From the NCBI GenBank assembly GCA_003427395.1, contig BFEA01000001.1, forward strand, positions 8,617,120 to 8,681,119: DNA of 64,000 nt. Reading direction: 5' to 3'. A program made the position numbers and the translations under genes. Origin of the DNA: Chara braunii (Eukaryota; Plantae; Charophyceae). Every line of letters begins with the position of its first letter. The stretch's first letter is position 1. Shown in pieces: positions 26,739 to 38,294 of this stretch. Below the pieces are notes generated by a model. The model ran no database searches, was not told the origin of the DNA, and was given only the letters and a program-made list of their open reading frames with translations.

Positions 26739-26967
26739 GGTCCGTGCATTTCTGCTGTTGTCGGAAAGAGCGTCCGGAGTTTCTGCAGGGGCCGTGCATT
26801 TGGCGTCGGAAGCCGGGTCCGAAAATCCACTCATCCTTTAACACTCTTAAAGAGTGTAAAGGGTCTCGCGTGACGCTCCCACGGAGACCTGCTTCCCAGT
26901 GTTGGGAAAGGCGACGGGGCAAGGGGCGGGCCCACGGGACACTTGTGTCCTTTTTTTATCTTTTTTT

Positions 26968-27276
26968 GTCGTTTTGTGGGCTCGCTCTCGTCTTTTCTTT
27001 TTGGACTCAGGGCCTCGCTGCTCTACTCACAAGACTGAATTTACCGCTGGAGTACGGAGAAATACGTTGCTTATCGTTTTTTGTCGTTTTGTGGGCCCAC
27101 TCGCGTCGTTTCGTTTTGGATTTAGGGCCTCGCTGCACTGCTCACGAAACCGAATCTACCTCTAGAGTACGGATTTTGTCGTTTTGTGGGCCAGCTCGCA
27201 TCGTTTCTTTTTGGACCTAGGGCCTCGCTGCACTACTCACAAGACTGAATCTACCGATAGAGTGCGGAGAAATACA
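26968..27276. repeat. Diverged ~100-115 bp tandem repeat, 3 copies
   Basis: GTCGTTTTGTGGGC...TTTTGGA...AGGGCCTCGCTGC..TACTCACAAGACTGAAT.TACC recurs at ~26968, 27083 and 27178. Confidence 0.8.
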
Positions 27277-28130
27277 TTGCCATCTTTTGTCTTTTGCGCA
27301 CGTAGATGCACGGCCCGCGCGTTTGTTTTTCTGCGTCATGAAAGGGCGGTGGGGACGAACGGGATGAGTCAGAGGGGGTGCGGGGAGGTGGGGACCAGGG
27401 CAGTGGACGGGGGGGAGGGGCAACACGAGGAGCAAAAGAGGGACCAGCGGAGGCAGGAACCGGATGTGTGTGTGTGTGTGTGNNNNNNNNNNNNNNNNNN
27501 NNNNNNNNNNNNNNNNNNNNNNNNNNNNNNNNNNNNNNNNNNNNNNNNNNNNNNNNNNNNNNNNNNNNNNNNNNNNNNNNNNNNNNNNNNNNNNNNNNNN
27601 NNNNNNNNNNNNNNNNNNNNNNNNNNNNNNNNNNNNNNNNNNNNNNNNNNNNNNNNNNNNNNNNNNNNNNNNNNNNNNNNNNNNNNNNNNNNNNNNNGAG
27701 AGAGAGAGAGAGGGCATTGGTGCGGAATTGCAATTTTTTTCCCCCCCCTACTCTTGGTCCCCGCTCTTGGTCCCGCCGGGACGGCGGCGGCCAGACGTCT
27801 TGTTTTCAAAAAGTGAGGAGGATCAGGGGGGAGGTCCCACTGGCAAGAAGGGTCGGATCGGACAACAAGGGGTTTGAAGAAGGGGTGGCAGGACCTGTTC
27901 CCAGCACGTGCTGCTCCCCACGAATAACGATGGAAGCCATCGCATGCTGCTGCCCCTACAACAGGCTACGTGCAGGGCTTTATCTCCGCCTGTAGTAGGG
28001 GCACACTCGGTGATGTTTTGGATACACAAAACAAAAAAAACAAAAAAAACAAAAAAAAACAAAACCAGAAAACACCTGAATCTGGACGTGTTTGTGGCAA
28101 GGGGCAGAGAATCAGTACCGAACTGCTTTT

Positions 28131-30147
28131 TTTTTTTCTTTTTTGGGAAAAATCTGAACTTTAATTGCAAAAGCAATTCATAGGATGAGGCTGGGGACCT
28201 CACAATTCAACCCCGAGTTACCCTGGCAGCCTCAGCCAGCTTTGCTTAAGAATACTAGCGACCCGGCTTGTTGACGACAATCTGATGCTGTGTGCGTACT
28301 TACTCACCATACCCGCAGATAGGCTAGTAGACTTCTAACCCTCTGCTACCCACGAGGTCTATATCGGCCCAGTCCTGCCAAGTCACGGAGGTTTCAGCCA
28401 ACCTGCGATTGCCACCTTTCCATTTCCTTCCCTTGTTAACCATGCTAGCTGGTTACCCAAAGACCATGTTTTCAGAAACCAAGGCCGGCCTAACCCTTGG
28501 CGTCCCACTGCTCTTTTCCAATCAACTTGAATCATGTGTCTGATATTGTATCTGATGCTGAACTGTTGTTGTTGTGATGAAATTAGATTCTAATTACCAG
28601 GCACACAGGGATCACCGGGAGCGATGAGCCTTCACAGTCCCACCCTACCACTCATCAATACTCCCAGCGTACCCCCTAACCCAACTATCTTACCTCAGTG
28701 TAACCCACTCCGGACCATCACCCAACGGCTAGGTGGGTGACTTGGACCAGACAGTAGTGATAGGCACCAAGGCTAGCTATTACCCCAGCCCCAGTGGAAG
28801 CAAAATCGGACAGGCCTCGCTGTACGGGAACTTCGGACGCTAGGCACCACTATATTCTACCAACCTCGTATCCCTATTGTACAGATCATAGACCCCTGGT
28901 TTTATTTTCGGGGACAGCTAACTAGCAGTCAGTACCCCAGCCAGACGGCCTACCGTCCTTCCCCTAGCTTACCCAAGGCCAGGCGGAACTCAGACTGACA
29001 GTCCTACCGTCCTTCCCCTAGCTTGCCCCTATCTTGGCTAGGTGGAACTCAGACCTGCTGGGGTAACTACCGGATTCTATACCCTAGAGTCTAAGTCAAG
29101 TCTGTTCTACCCCTCCTCCAGTCAACTGTAGATGCATGTAAGCCCTTAGGCCATATGTATGTGCTCAGGAAGCCATGGATGTAGGCTATTTATGATGTAT
29201 GTGTATATATCCAGAAGCCAGTTGAATACCCGAAGGCAATATGAATCATATATGGGGCCAAAGGCCATATGTCAGCACTATATGTGTGTTGAGAAGGCCA
29301 TGTGTCAGCACTATATGTGTGTTGAGAATACCATGTATAAAGGGCCAGACTGGACAGACCCCCCCAAAGTCTGTGACCAAGCTCGAACCCGTGACCTGTG
29401 AAATGTAACTGGAAGACTCAACCGTATGAGCAACAATGGAAATAGCACGTATATATCAGACCGGGGACGAGGATCGAACGACCAAGACCAACACCCCGAG
29501 CAAGCCCTGCAGAACCCAGACCCGGGACTTGATCCCCTGACCAATACAGGCAGGGTCTGTAATCATAACCATGTAGTGGTCAAAGGATAGTGTATGTCCA
29601 GCCGTGCGTCATTCTCACACCCTGCCGGTGTCCATGCAAGGCTGCAGATTTGAACCCACAACCTTATACCACAATGCGCATTTCCAACCGGTGCTCTAAC
29701 CACTGCGCGACATCAACTGGACAAATCAAAGCATTTCTCTCTTTCCAGATTTCTTGCATTACTACCCCTTTGCCCCTTGCAAACCAACGCCACATACCCC
29801 CAGCCCTCTACAAGTTTGAAACTTTAGTCTGGGAGGATGCCAAAAAGTACCCAGTCATCCGACCAGGGGAAGCAATTACCCGTTATGGCTGCCCAGCGTT
29901 CAGACCACCAGAGCCAAACTTCATCTGCCGACGGGCACTGGAGCCATAAATGTGAACTCGATTCCCATCCCCAATCGCAGCGGCTACAGGTTATCAGTAT
30001 GTTCATGCCTCCGGACGAAAGCCACAATGCTGATGGGGTGACTTGTACAGATTGCATCCCATATTAAGCTTGCATCTTTCTGCTACGGAATACGCTGGAG
30101 AGCCTTCCACTGCGTTTCCCAGTCTGGCTGCAGAGCGTGAGAGCCTT
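28131..30147 (-). mobile_element. 5'-truncated LINE with 12-bp TSD, interrupted by a ~1.1 kb insertion
   Basis: TSD CGAACTGCTTTT at 28119-28130 and 30148-30159; T-run tail at 28131; minus strand encodes CSRCDWGWESSSHLWLQC and MIQVDWKR...WFLKTW; inserted into one unit of a local ~130-bp repeat (empty unit ~30202-30320). Confidence 0.85.
28590..29723 (-). mobile_element. ~1.1 kb tRNA-headed insertion (SINE-like or solo-LTR-like)
   Basis: Interrupts the LINE ORF2 between ...ERNALI and SQQQFSIRY...; minus-strand head TCGCGCAGTGGTTAGAGC...GGGTTCAAATC carries A and B boxes; further B-box-like repeats inside; ends approximate. Confidence 0.55.
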
Positions 30148-30931
30148 CGAACTGCTTTTGTGCATCTCTGCACAAAACAAATCCAGATGTAGGAGACGAA
30201 TTAAAACAAAAACAGAAAACACCCAAATCTGGACGTGTTTGTGGCGAGGTGCAGAGAATCAGTATCGAACTGCTTTTCTGCAAATCTCCACAAAACAAAT
30301 CCAGATTTAGGAACTGAATCCAATCCTCCTTGCTAGTGGCACCTCACCACCGGGGCGAAGTCCCACATACACCATTGAGCCAGTTCAACGTTGAACTAGC
30401 TCAAAGTGTGTGACCCGAAGCGACGTCTGAGATGCATCCAGAGCTGCACATCCAGCGGTTGTTCTTAGGTGTATAAAATACAAAGACCTCCGTTTCCGTT
30501 TTTTTGTTTCAAGAATCGTGCTGAAAATTCCCTCCGCCCGAATACAACGCCACCTACCCGCCCATCTTCCGTTGAACTACATACCCCACTTGCAGTGGGT
30601 GTGGGTTCAAGGGTGCTTGTGCCATCATGACCTGCTGTGGGAGGGCACTCTGACAGCCGTGGGAGGACACTCTGACATTCTGTGGGAGGAGACTCTTGAC
30701 AGCCTTGGAAGGACACTCTGACAGAGTGTTCATGCTGTATTTGGCTGTGCAGCCCCAAACTCGTTTCTGAACCCAAGAGCCTAGGTCAGTGGGTACACCA
30801 TTGAACTGTTGAAATACAGACCCGTGTTCGAACCTAGATGATGGAACTTGACGAGTAAACCCAAATATTTCTGAATTGCCTTAGGCCGGTCAGATCAATG
30901 ATGATATCTCAAGACCGTCTCCTCCCTTGGG

Positions 30932-30970
<39 letters not shown>

Positions 30971-30971
30971 N

Positions 30972-31004
<33 letters not shown>

Positions 31005-31007
<3 letters not shown>

Positions 31008-34000
31008 CGTTTCTGCGAATGGACCAAGCCAGCGTAGGATGCAGAGCCTTTCACTGAAGATTGTCGTATTTTCCAATTTACTTCTTAGAAAATACGAACA
31101 AAGATTTCAGTAGCATTGCACAATTTCCAGACTTAAACACAATCCATCTGCAGGAGGAGGGTATTCGGGCGTGGGTGGAGGAATTTTGGCAGGAGTGGAG
31201 ATCGGCTGCCCAGAGTTTTGAGTCGAAAGCTGAATGGGCGGATGCTGGACTCAGAATTATTTCGCTGAAGTTGACGTCTTTTCCCATATAGTGGCTAGTC
31301 ACCGGCTTAGGGAAGAGGGGAGTTTGAGGAAGGGGGTGGATGAAGCAGAAGCAAGATTGGGCGAGCACCCAATTTCGGACCTTTCTTGGTCTGAGGAGAG
31401 GAGCATCAGACTTCAGAAGTGGGAGGACCTGCAATTGCAGAAACAAGAAAGGTGGGCTCAAATCCTCCAGATTAAGGGGATCGTATCTTCAGATCGGCTA
31501 ACCAAAGATACGTTTCAGAAGCTCCTTCCGAAGCGGAATGCAGTTCAGATGCGAGAGCTGAAACATCCACACCTGCTTAATCAGCCGTTAGCGTCCTCCA
31601 ACCAGGACATGTGCAAGTATGCGGCAGCATATTTTAAGGATATACTGTCTACCAGGCGCCCGTTTGATGAGCTGGATATGGACATGTCAGAACTTTCCCC
31701 TCTTTGGGACAATATGAAGACTCATATCTCGATGGAGTCAAAGGCTTTGGTTTGATCGACCAATCACGGAGGAGGAACTCCTTACTACAGTGAAAAGCAT
31801 GGCAAGCGGCAAGGCACCAGGGGAGGATGGGCTCCCCCTGGAGTTTATGAAACCTTCTTCTCAGTCTTTGCAGCGGACCTTGTAGGGCTATTCAATGATG
31901 TCCTGCAGGGGGGCAGTCTGGGTAGAACAATGTCGCGGGGGGTGATCTCTTTGCTGTTCAAGAAAGGAGACCGCAGCGAAGTAAGGAATTGGAGGCCAAT
32001 CTCCCTCCTGAACGTAGGCTATAAACTTCTGGCGAAAACGTTGGCCAATCACCTAGCCAAATTCCTTCTGAATTTGGTTCAGAGGGATCAGGGTGCCTTC
32101 GTCCAAGGAAGGTCCATTTTCGAGAACATCCTTACAGCGATTGAGGCTTTGGAATTGGTGGACCGTGAAGAGGCGAATGTGGCAGTCTTGCTCCTGGACC
32201 TTGAGAAGGCGTATGATAGGGTGAATTGGCCTTTTGTTTTGACGACGCTGAAGGTGGTGGGCTTCGGCGACCAATTTTGTAGCTGGGTGAAGGCCTTGTA
32301 CTGTTTCTCAACGGCAGCTGTGTGCGTAAACGGACAATTTTCGGAGGAATTTTGCCTCACACAGTCTCTGCGGCAGGGATGCCCCCTGGCTCCACTGCTC
32401 TTCGTGTTGCATCTGGAGCCATTGCTCTGTAACATTCGCTGCCACCCTGAAATCACAGGCCTGATGCTCCACAACGGAAGAGAGAGTAGGGTTAAGGCGT
32501 TGGCTGACGATCTCTTTGCTATCTTGCAAAATTCCTACCGATCCTTAGACGCTCTGAAAAGTTGTTTGGTAAAGTTTGGGGAGCTCTCGGAGGCAGCAGT
32601 CAATTGGAATAAGTCAGTGTTCTTTCTTCCACGGAGGTTTTCTCTGAGTGTGCAGTGGGGAATGGAGAGGGTACCGGAGGAAGCAGCAGAACGGTTCCTG
32701 GGGGTGCAAGTTGCTTTGGGAGATTGCTCTTCCTCTCAGGATCTGATTCTACAGGAAAGGGTGACGAAAAGGGTCAGAAGTTGGGGGAGAGGGCGGCACC
32801 TCTCTATTATTGGGAGAGCGCTGGTAGTTATGGTATCAGCGTTTGCACTGCTATGGTATGTGGCGGCTGTTCGGCGAATCGCCCCTAGCACACTTAAGAC
32901 GGTCAGAGGTGTCGCTAGAAGGTTCATATGGAAACCTGACAGCAAAGAAGACACAGGCTTTATTTCCAAGGTGGCCTGTGACTCGATCTGCCTTCCAAGA
33001 GAAGAGGGGGGGCTTGCTTTGATTGATCCAGCTCTCCAAAACTCAGCCTTGTTGGGGAAGTGGTTAGTGAGGGTGGCTACTGGGGATCAGGAAGCGGACT
33101 GGTTACTGTTGGCAGAGATACTGTTGGCCAAGGACTGGGAGTTAGTTCGACCTCGGGACGTGTGGGTAGCCATAATGACCGACACTTTCTGTAGGCGGCG
33201 TCCTAACTCTAGGTTCTGGAGGGATGTTCTCCTGGCCTGGAAGAAAGTTACACCGAACTTGCTCAGGCCGCCGAAGACGAAAGAGGAGGTCAAAAGATGG
33301 CCGCTGTTCGAAAATCAATGGATTACTGATGATGATGGCCAATGGTTTTCTCTGGAAAAAAAGCCAGGGAACTTCGCTCTCAGTTGGCTGAGAAAGGGGG
33401 TATCTACGGTAGGGGATTTGTGGGATAGCTTGACCAATCAATGGAAATCTCCTCAGGAGTTGAAGGTGGTGCTGGGGCAGCTCCCTGAGCAGGAAACAAG
33501 AGCGACTCTTTTGAGAAGTGCTATCCCTGGGGAATGGAAAGAAATTCTGGGTCCGTCAGGTGTGGACAAACCAGGAACGTGGTAAAAGAGGGAAGACGGA
33601 GTGGATAGCTTGTTCTATAGACTTGAGAGTTGGACAGAGGAGGGGTTGGGGTAAATGCTGGATGGAGACTTACAAGCAACAAAATTTGACACAGCCACAG
33701 CTGGAACGGGTGGGAATGGAGCTGCATTACGGGCTGGGCGGTTTCGTGGAGATAAGAGTGACCCTTCAGCCTCCAAAGGAGGTAGGCTGTCCAATGATTC
33801 CGGCCTTGGTGTGTGGCGGGATTCCTCTGAGGGAGCTGAGAATAGACCCAGCCTGTTGGGGTTGGCCGTGGAACGGGAAGTCAGAAATGGGGCTGGATAA
33901 GTTGAACTGCGCTCTTCTTCAGAAAATGAAAGTTGAACCGATCGGAGCGGCTGCAAAAATTGAAGCAAGGTTGCACAGAGAGGTTGCTGATCACCCATCT

Positions 34001-35045
34001 CCAACAGAGGAAGAGCTGAAGGGACTGTGGACTCAGTTGGAGATTCTACCGTCTCAAAAGCTGACTTCGTTGCTTTGGTTACAGTCTCACTTGGCAATCC
34101 CTACGGCTACTTGGCTCTCAGAGAAGGGCATGGTGGTAGATACGACCTGTGATCGTTGTCAGACAGGGTGGGAATCTTTGAGGCATCTCTGGTGGGACTG
34201 TCCTAAGTCCCGAAAATGGTGGGCTTGGTGGGAATACCATTGGAAAAGGTTCACGGGACTGTCAGACTTCATAGGGCAACGTTGGGCCCTGTTGGGGGTA
34301 CTTCCGGAAGGTTACAGCAAAAGGGAGGGATGGGGTTATATCGCTCAAGTCTGTAGAGCGATTTTACTCTGGGTGATGTGGTTGGAAAGGAATGGTTTAA
34401 GGTTTAGGAAAGAGGGTATGTCGGATAGACAGGCGGGTGCCACCTTCAAGCTCCTTCTGATGGCAGCAGTGAGAGCAGACTGGAATCGGAAAGTTCTTGG
34501 AGGCAGCAGGACAGCCGGCGAGTTATGGTTTCGCAGGACGTGGTGTCTCAGGGAACAGCTGCCAAAGATCGACTCAGATGGAAAGCTGGTGTTGTGTAGC
34601 TGGTTGGTGAACACGTGAGGTGGGCTATGTCGAACCTGGCCACTCTGTCCCTGTCGGAGGTCGAAGGTAGACCACTTGAGTAGGGGAGGGTGGGGGTATC
34701 AGGCAGGTGGGCTGGGTAGGCTCTAGTTTCTCCTCCCGGTTAGTTGTCTTGAGAGTTTTTCTGACCGCAGTGAGGTCGGTATTGTTTCTTTAGGATGGGA
34801 GTAGGTTGTTAGTCGATACGGTGCCTAGGATTCTCTGAATGTATGGCAAGTGGGTTGGTAGAGCGGTTCAGGTTCTTGGTTGGTTTTGGTGGGAGATGGA
34901 ATAAGCTAAACCGGCTGATGCTGCCGGGATAACATCCGGGTAGAATTGTGAGGTCCCCGGCCTCCGATTTCGCATTGTGTTGTTAATGTCTGGANNNNNN
35001 NNNNNNNNNNNNNNNNNNNNAAAAAAAAAAAAAAAAAAAAAAAAA
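31005..35045 (+). mobile_element. 5'-truncated L1/Tx1-type LINE (ORF2 RT and zinc finger, 3' motif, poly(A))
   Basis: NWRPISLLN, LLDLEKAYD, SLRQGCPLAP, LADDL and CDRC...ESLRHLWWDC in ORFs 31234-34618; poly(A) to 35045. Confidence 0.92.
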
Positions 35046-35779
35046 TTCCAGACGGCCAACCGTGTAGAAACGCCCCGTCAGCCATTTCGGCAATCTCTTT
35101 TCATAACCAGTGGGGTCCTAAAATGCTGTCCAGAATGACTTTCCATACCCTTTCCCACACCGGTAGGGGGTCAAAAAGGATCCCCCGCCAATTCTTTTCC
35201 ACGAAGCTCCACGAAAGCGGCGAAGTTGGGTCCACCCCATAGAATCATGGCGCTATCACTGCTTCAGTGCTTCCTCCCCACAACTCCTTGATGACAGACC
35301 ATCAAGGAAAGAACTCAACCCCTCTACTCGACAAAAAGGTCCCCTACTCCATAAAAATTTCCCCACCGTTCTGTCTGCACAAACGCAGATTCTCCATCCA
35401 CCTTTCAGCACCATCAGCGTTATCCCAGTCGAAGTACCTTCTTCCTCTACGACGAGTCCTCCCATGTGATCCCCCGAATGGAGCGTTGTTTTTTTTTCCC
35501 CTCAATACCGGGTCCATGTCCCACTTGTCGAGATTGGTTTCAAGTATACACGAAACATGAACTACAAAAAAAAAAACAAAAAAAAACACATGAACTAAAC
35601 CCCCGGTAGTGGGACATGGCCCCCGGTCATAGTACCTTCTTTACGACGACTATTACTCCGACTGCATTCCCCTGAATATGCAGTGCTGTCCGTTTTCCCC
35701 TCGATCAGTAGTTTTTCTCCCCACACCTCCGTCCCCCATTGTATCGGAAGAATGACTACGCGTGTTCACCCGGCTATTA

Positions 35780-35876
35780 GGGTCAGATCCCACTACCCTG
35801 CATTATTCATTTTTCACCCTCGATTACGAAGATCAACGGTCAGAAATGAACAATAGGGGCTCGTGGGATCTGGCCC
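35780..35876. mobile_element. 97-bp Tourist-like MITE (family copy 2)
   Basis: TIRs GGGTCAGATCCCAC / GTGGGATCTGGCCC with TTA TSD (35777-35779, 35877-35879). Confidence 0.8.
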
Positions 35877-35877
35877 T

Positions 35878-36367
35878 TATACTACTAGTAATAATGATTT
35901 ACTAGTCCTTCGGGACATCCGTTAAAATTGGAACGATACAGAGAAGATTACCATGGCCCCTGCGCAAGGATGACACGCATAAATCGAGAAATAATGATTT
36001 ACTACCTATTTACAATTTTACACTGAAAGCTAACCGAAATACGACACCTATAATGGCGGTACGTTGTATTCGGGTCCAATGATAGGACGAGTTGCTGTTC
36101 TCCCCACCACCTCCCTCATCCACACGGCCCCGTCATTATAGCTGTATTTGCTGCAACTTCCAGTCCAGATACACAGCTATTATACTGATAATGATTTACT
36201 ACCTATTTACTCTGAAAGTTCACCGAAATACAACAGCTATGATGGAAGTACGTTGTATTCGGGTCCATTCGTAGGACGGAGTTGTTGTTTCTCCCCACCA
36301 CCTCCCTCATCCACACGGCCCGGTCATTATAGCTGTATTTGCTGCAACTTCCAGTCCAGATACACAG
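35878..36367. repeat. Two-copy ~190-bp tandem duplication (first copy holds the U6 insertion)
   Basis: 36005-36177 and 36202-36367 are near-identical. Confidence 0.85.
35905..35992 (+). pseudogene. U6: U6 snRNA retropseudogene, 3'-truncated, 15-bp TSD
   Basis: GTCCTTCGGGACATCCGTTAAAATTGGAACGATACAGAGAAGATTACCATGGCCCCTGCGCAAGGATGACACGCATAAATCGAGAAAT is plant U6 (ACAGAGA box; catalytic AGC triad changed to ACC); TSD AATAATGATTTACTA at 35890-35904 and 35990-36004. Confidence 0.95.
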
Positions 36368-36489
36368 TTACCGAGCACTCTTCTGGTGAAGACGGGAAAG
36401 ACATCTCGCGTATGGCGATTGCACTGTTCCTGGCCGCGACGACTTCGTCGTTTTTTCTCCAACCGAAATCGATCGTCAGGGCTTACCGA

Positions 36490-36592
36490 GGGCTAGGTCC
36501 CACTTACACCAATTAAGAGATGTTCACCGTAGATAGCAAAGATCGACGGGCAGATTCTCCTAATCCGTGCAAGTTGGGACCTTACCTTACCC
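36490..36592. mobile_element. ~100-bp Tourist-like MITE (family copy 3)
   Basis: GGGCTAGGTCCCAC...TTGGGACCTTACC; close paralog of 40559-40655. Confidence 0.7.
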
Positions 36593-38294
36593 CGGGTTCC
36601 CGCCAATAGCCACCCTCACCGATTTCGGTTGAAAAAAAAAAAAAAAAGACCCCAAAACTGCGCCCAGGAAATGCCGAAAAATGCGTAAAAAAAAACACAA
36701 CGCCGAAACTGCGCCCAGGAAATGCCGAAAAATGCGTAAAAATTTGACAAGAAGCGACATACACGCCATCATAGACGACATCAATGGTGGTCACGCATAC
36801 TCGTCGACATGAGCAACGCAATCCAAAGAACATAAAAACAAGAAACACCAAAAACCACTCGCCGACAAGCACACGCCCCTGAAAGCCAGACACGATCATC
36901 AATCATTCTCTAATTTTTACAGTTGCCACGCACAACTCGCCATCCACTCGCTGAAAATCGACACAAGGATCTCTATACATGTAATGAGCATGCTCACGAC
37001 AACCGACCATCCGAGATAAACTTTCATAGCCTTCGATAGGAGCTCCCTACCTCATTCCTGCTGCTTCTCCACCCACAGTACACTATTTTTCTTTTCCGCC
37101 TCTCTCGACGCATTCTTAGGCCTCGCCGTGATTCTCATAACCCCTTCCAAACTCCTCTCTACTTCTCCTTCTCTCCCCTTCAGTCTCTACTTCGGCGGCG
37201 GAGCAAAAGCCGTGATCGAGGACCGTACGGGAACCGTCTGACCACCTTCCTAATTCAATGGATGTTTAAAGAGGCGCTGAATCCGCCGCTGATCTCAGTT
37301 GTGTAAACCACTAATCACGTCCGTTCATATACTGTAAGACTCAAACATAATCGGACAGGAAGCCCAAAGAAGCCGCCGCACCATAGCGCATCCCATCCCT
37401 GCCGTCGTAATACGCTGTTCTGAGCCTAGACACCTACCAGCACCGCGTGCGGTCTCTGAATCACATTTCTATAATTGCCCTCCGACAGACGAGGGTCAAA
37501 AGTTAAACTAGCACTACCGATAGCCAAAAAAACGAATACCAAAAGCTCCAAATAACGAGTATCATAGGGCGCAGGACCACGCAAAGGACGCTCCCTCCCG
37601 TTTCGCTGCGCGCCATCGTAAGGGTCGACCACGTGCAAACCGAAATACATACAATGACCGAGAGAATGATGCGCACATGATCTGAAGCTGTTGCGTGAAA
37701 AACGAATACATACAATGACCAAGAAAACGATCCGCAGATGATCTGAAGCTGTTCCATGAAAAACCGACCCACCTCCTCCCTCTCTTAGATATCGCCCGTT
37801 CAAACTAGTGTGTGTCCTCTACACTCCTGCCTGGCTTCATCATATTCCTACACGCATGATCACAATGAAGAGGAGAGCGATCAGCAAAGATCCGAGGTTG
37901 TCGGAAATACGACACCTGTCCGGGGACGTCGTTACCTCGAGCACCGGACGTGAAAACAGACAGCCGAGAACTGCAAGCTGACGTGTCAAGCTGACGTGTA
38001 AATAGAAACACGCTGGTCGCGACGACGCCCACCTCTCTACCTTCCTTCTCTATCATCTCGAGCATACAGTTCTGTCCGAAGATCCCCGAGCCCTAAAAAA
38101 ATAAGGACTCCTTGGGTGCTTCGCTATACGCGGACAGCATCATAACAAAACGCACTCCCAACTGGACATTACACCGACACCAGCGTCGCCAGCACTACAC
38201 CCAGGGATCGGTAAGACTATCCTGCACACAAGTAGTCGGGACGCAAGGCCGAAAAAGGAAACCGCGAAGGGTAGGAAACCCACCGTTTGAAGTG

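Noticed and set aside
28187-28248. HDV-like ribozyme or TPP riboswitch call for the 3' motif (GGTCCCCAGCCTC, GCTGAG, GGGTAA words)
   Set aside because: The required P3/P1' pairings (HDV) and the motif order (TPP) are not present by eye
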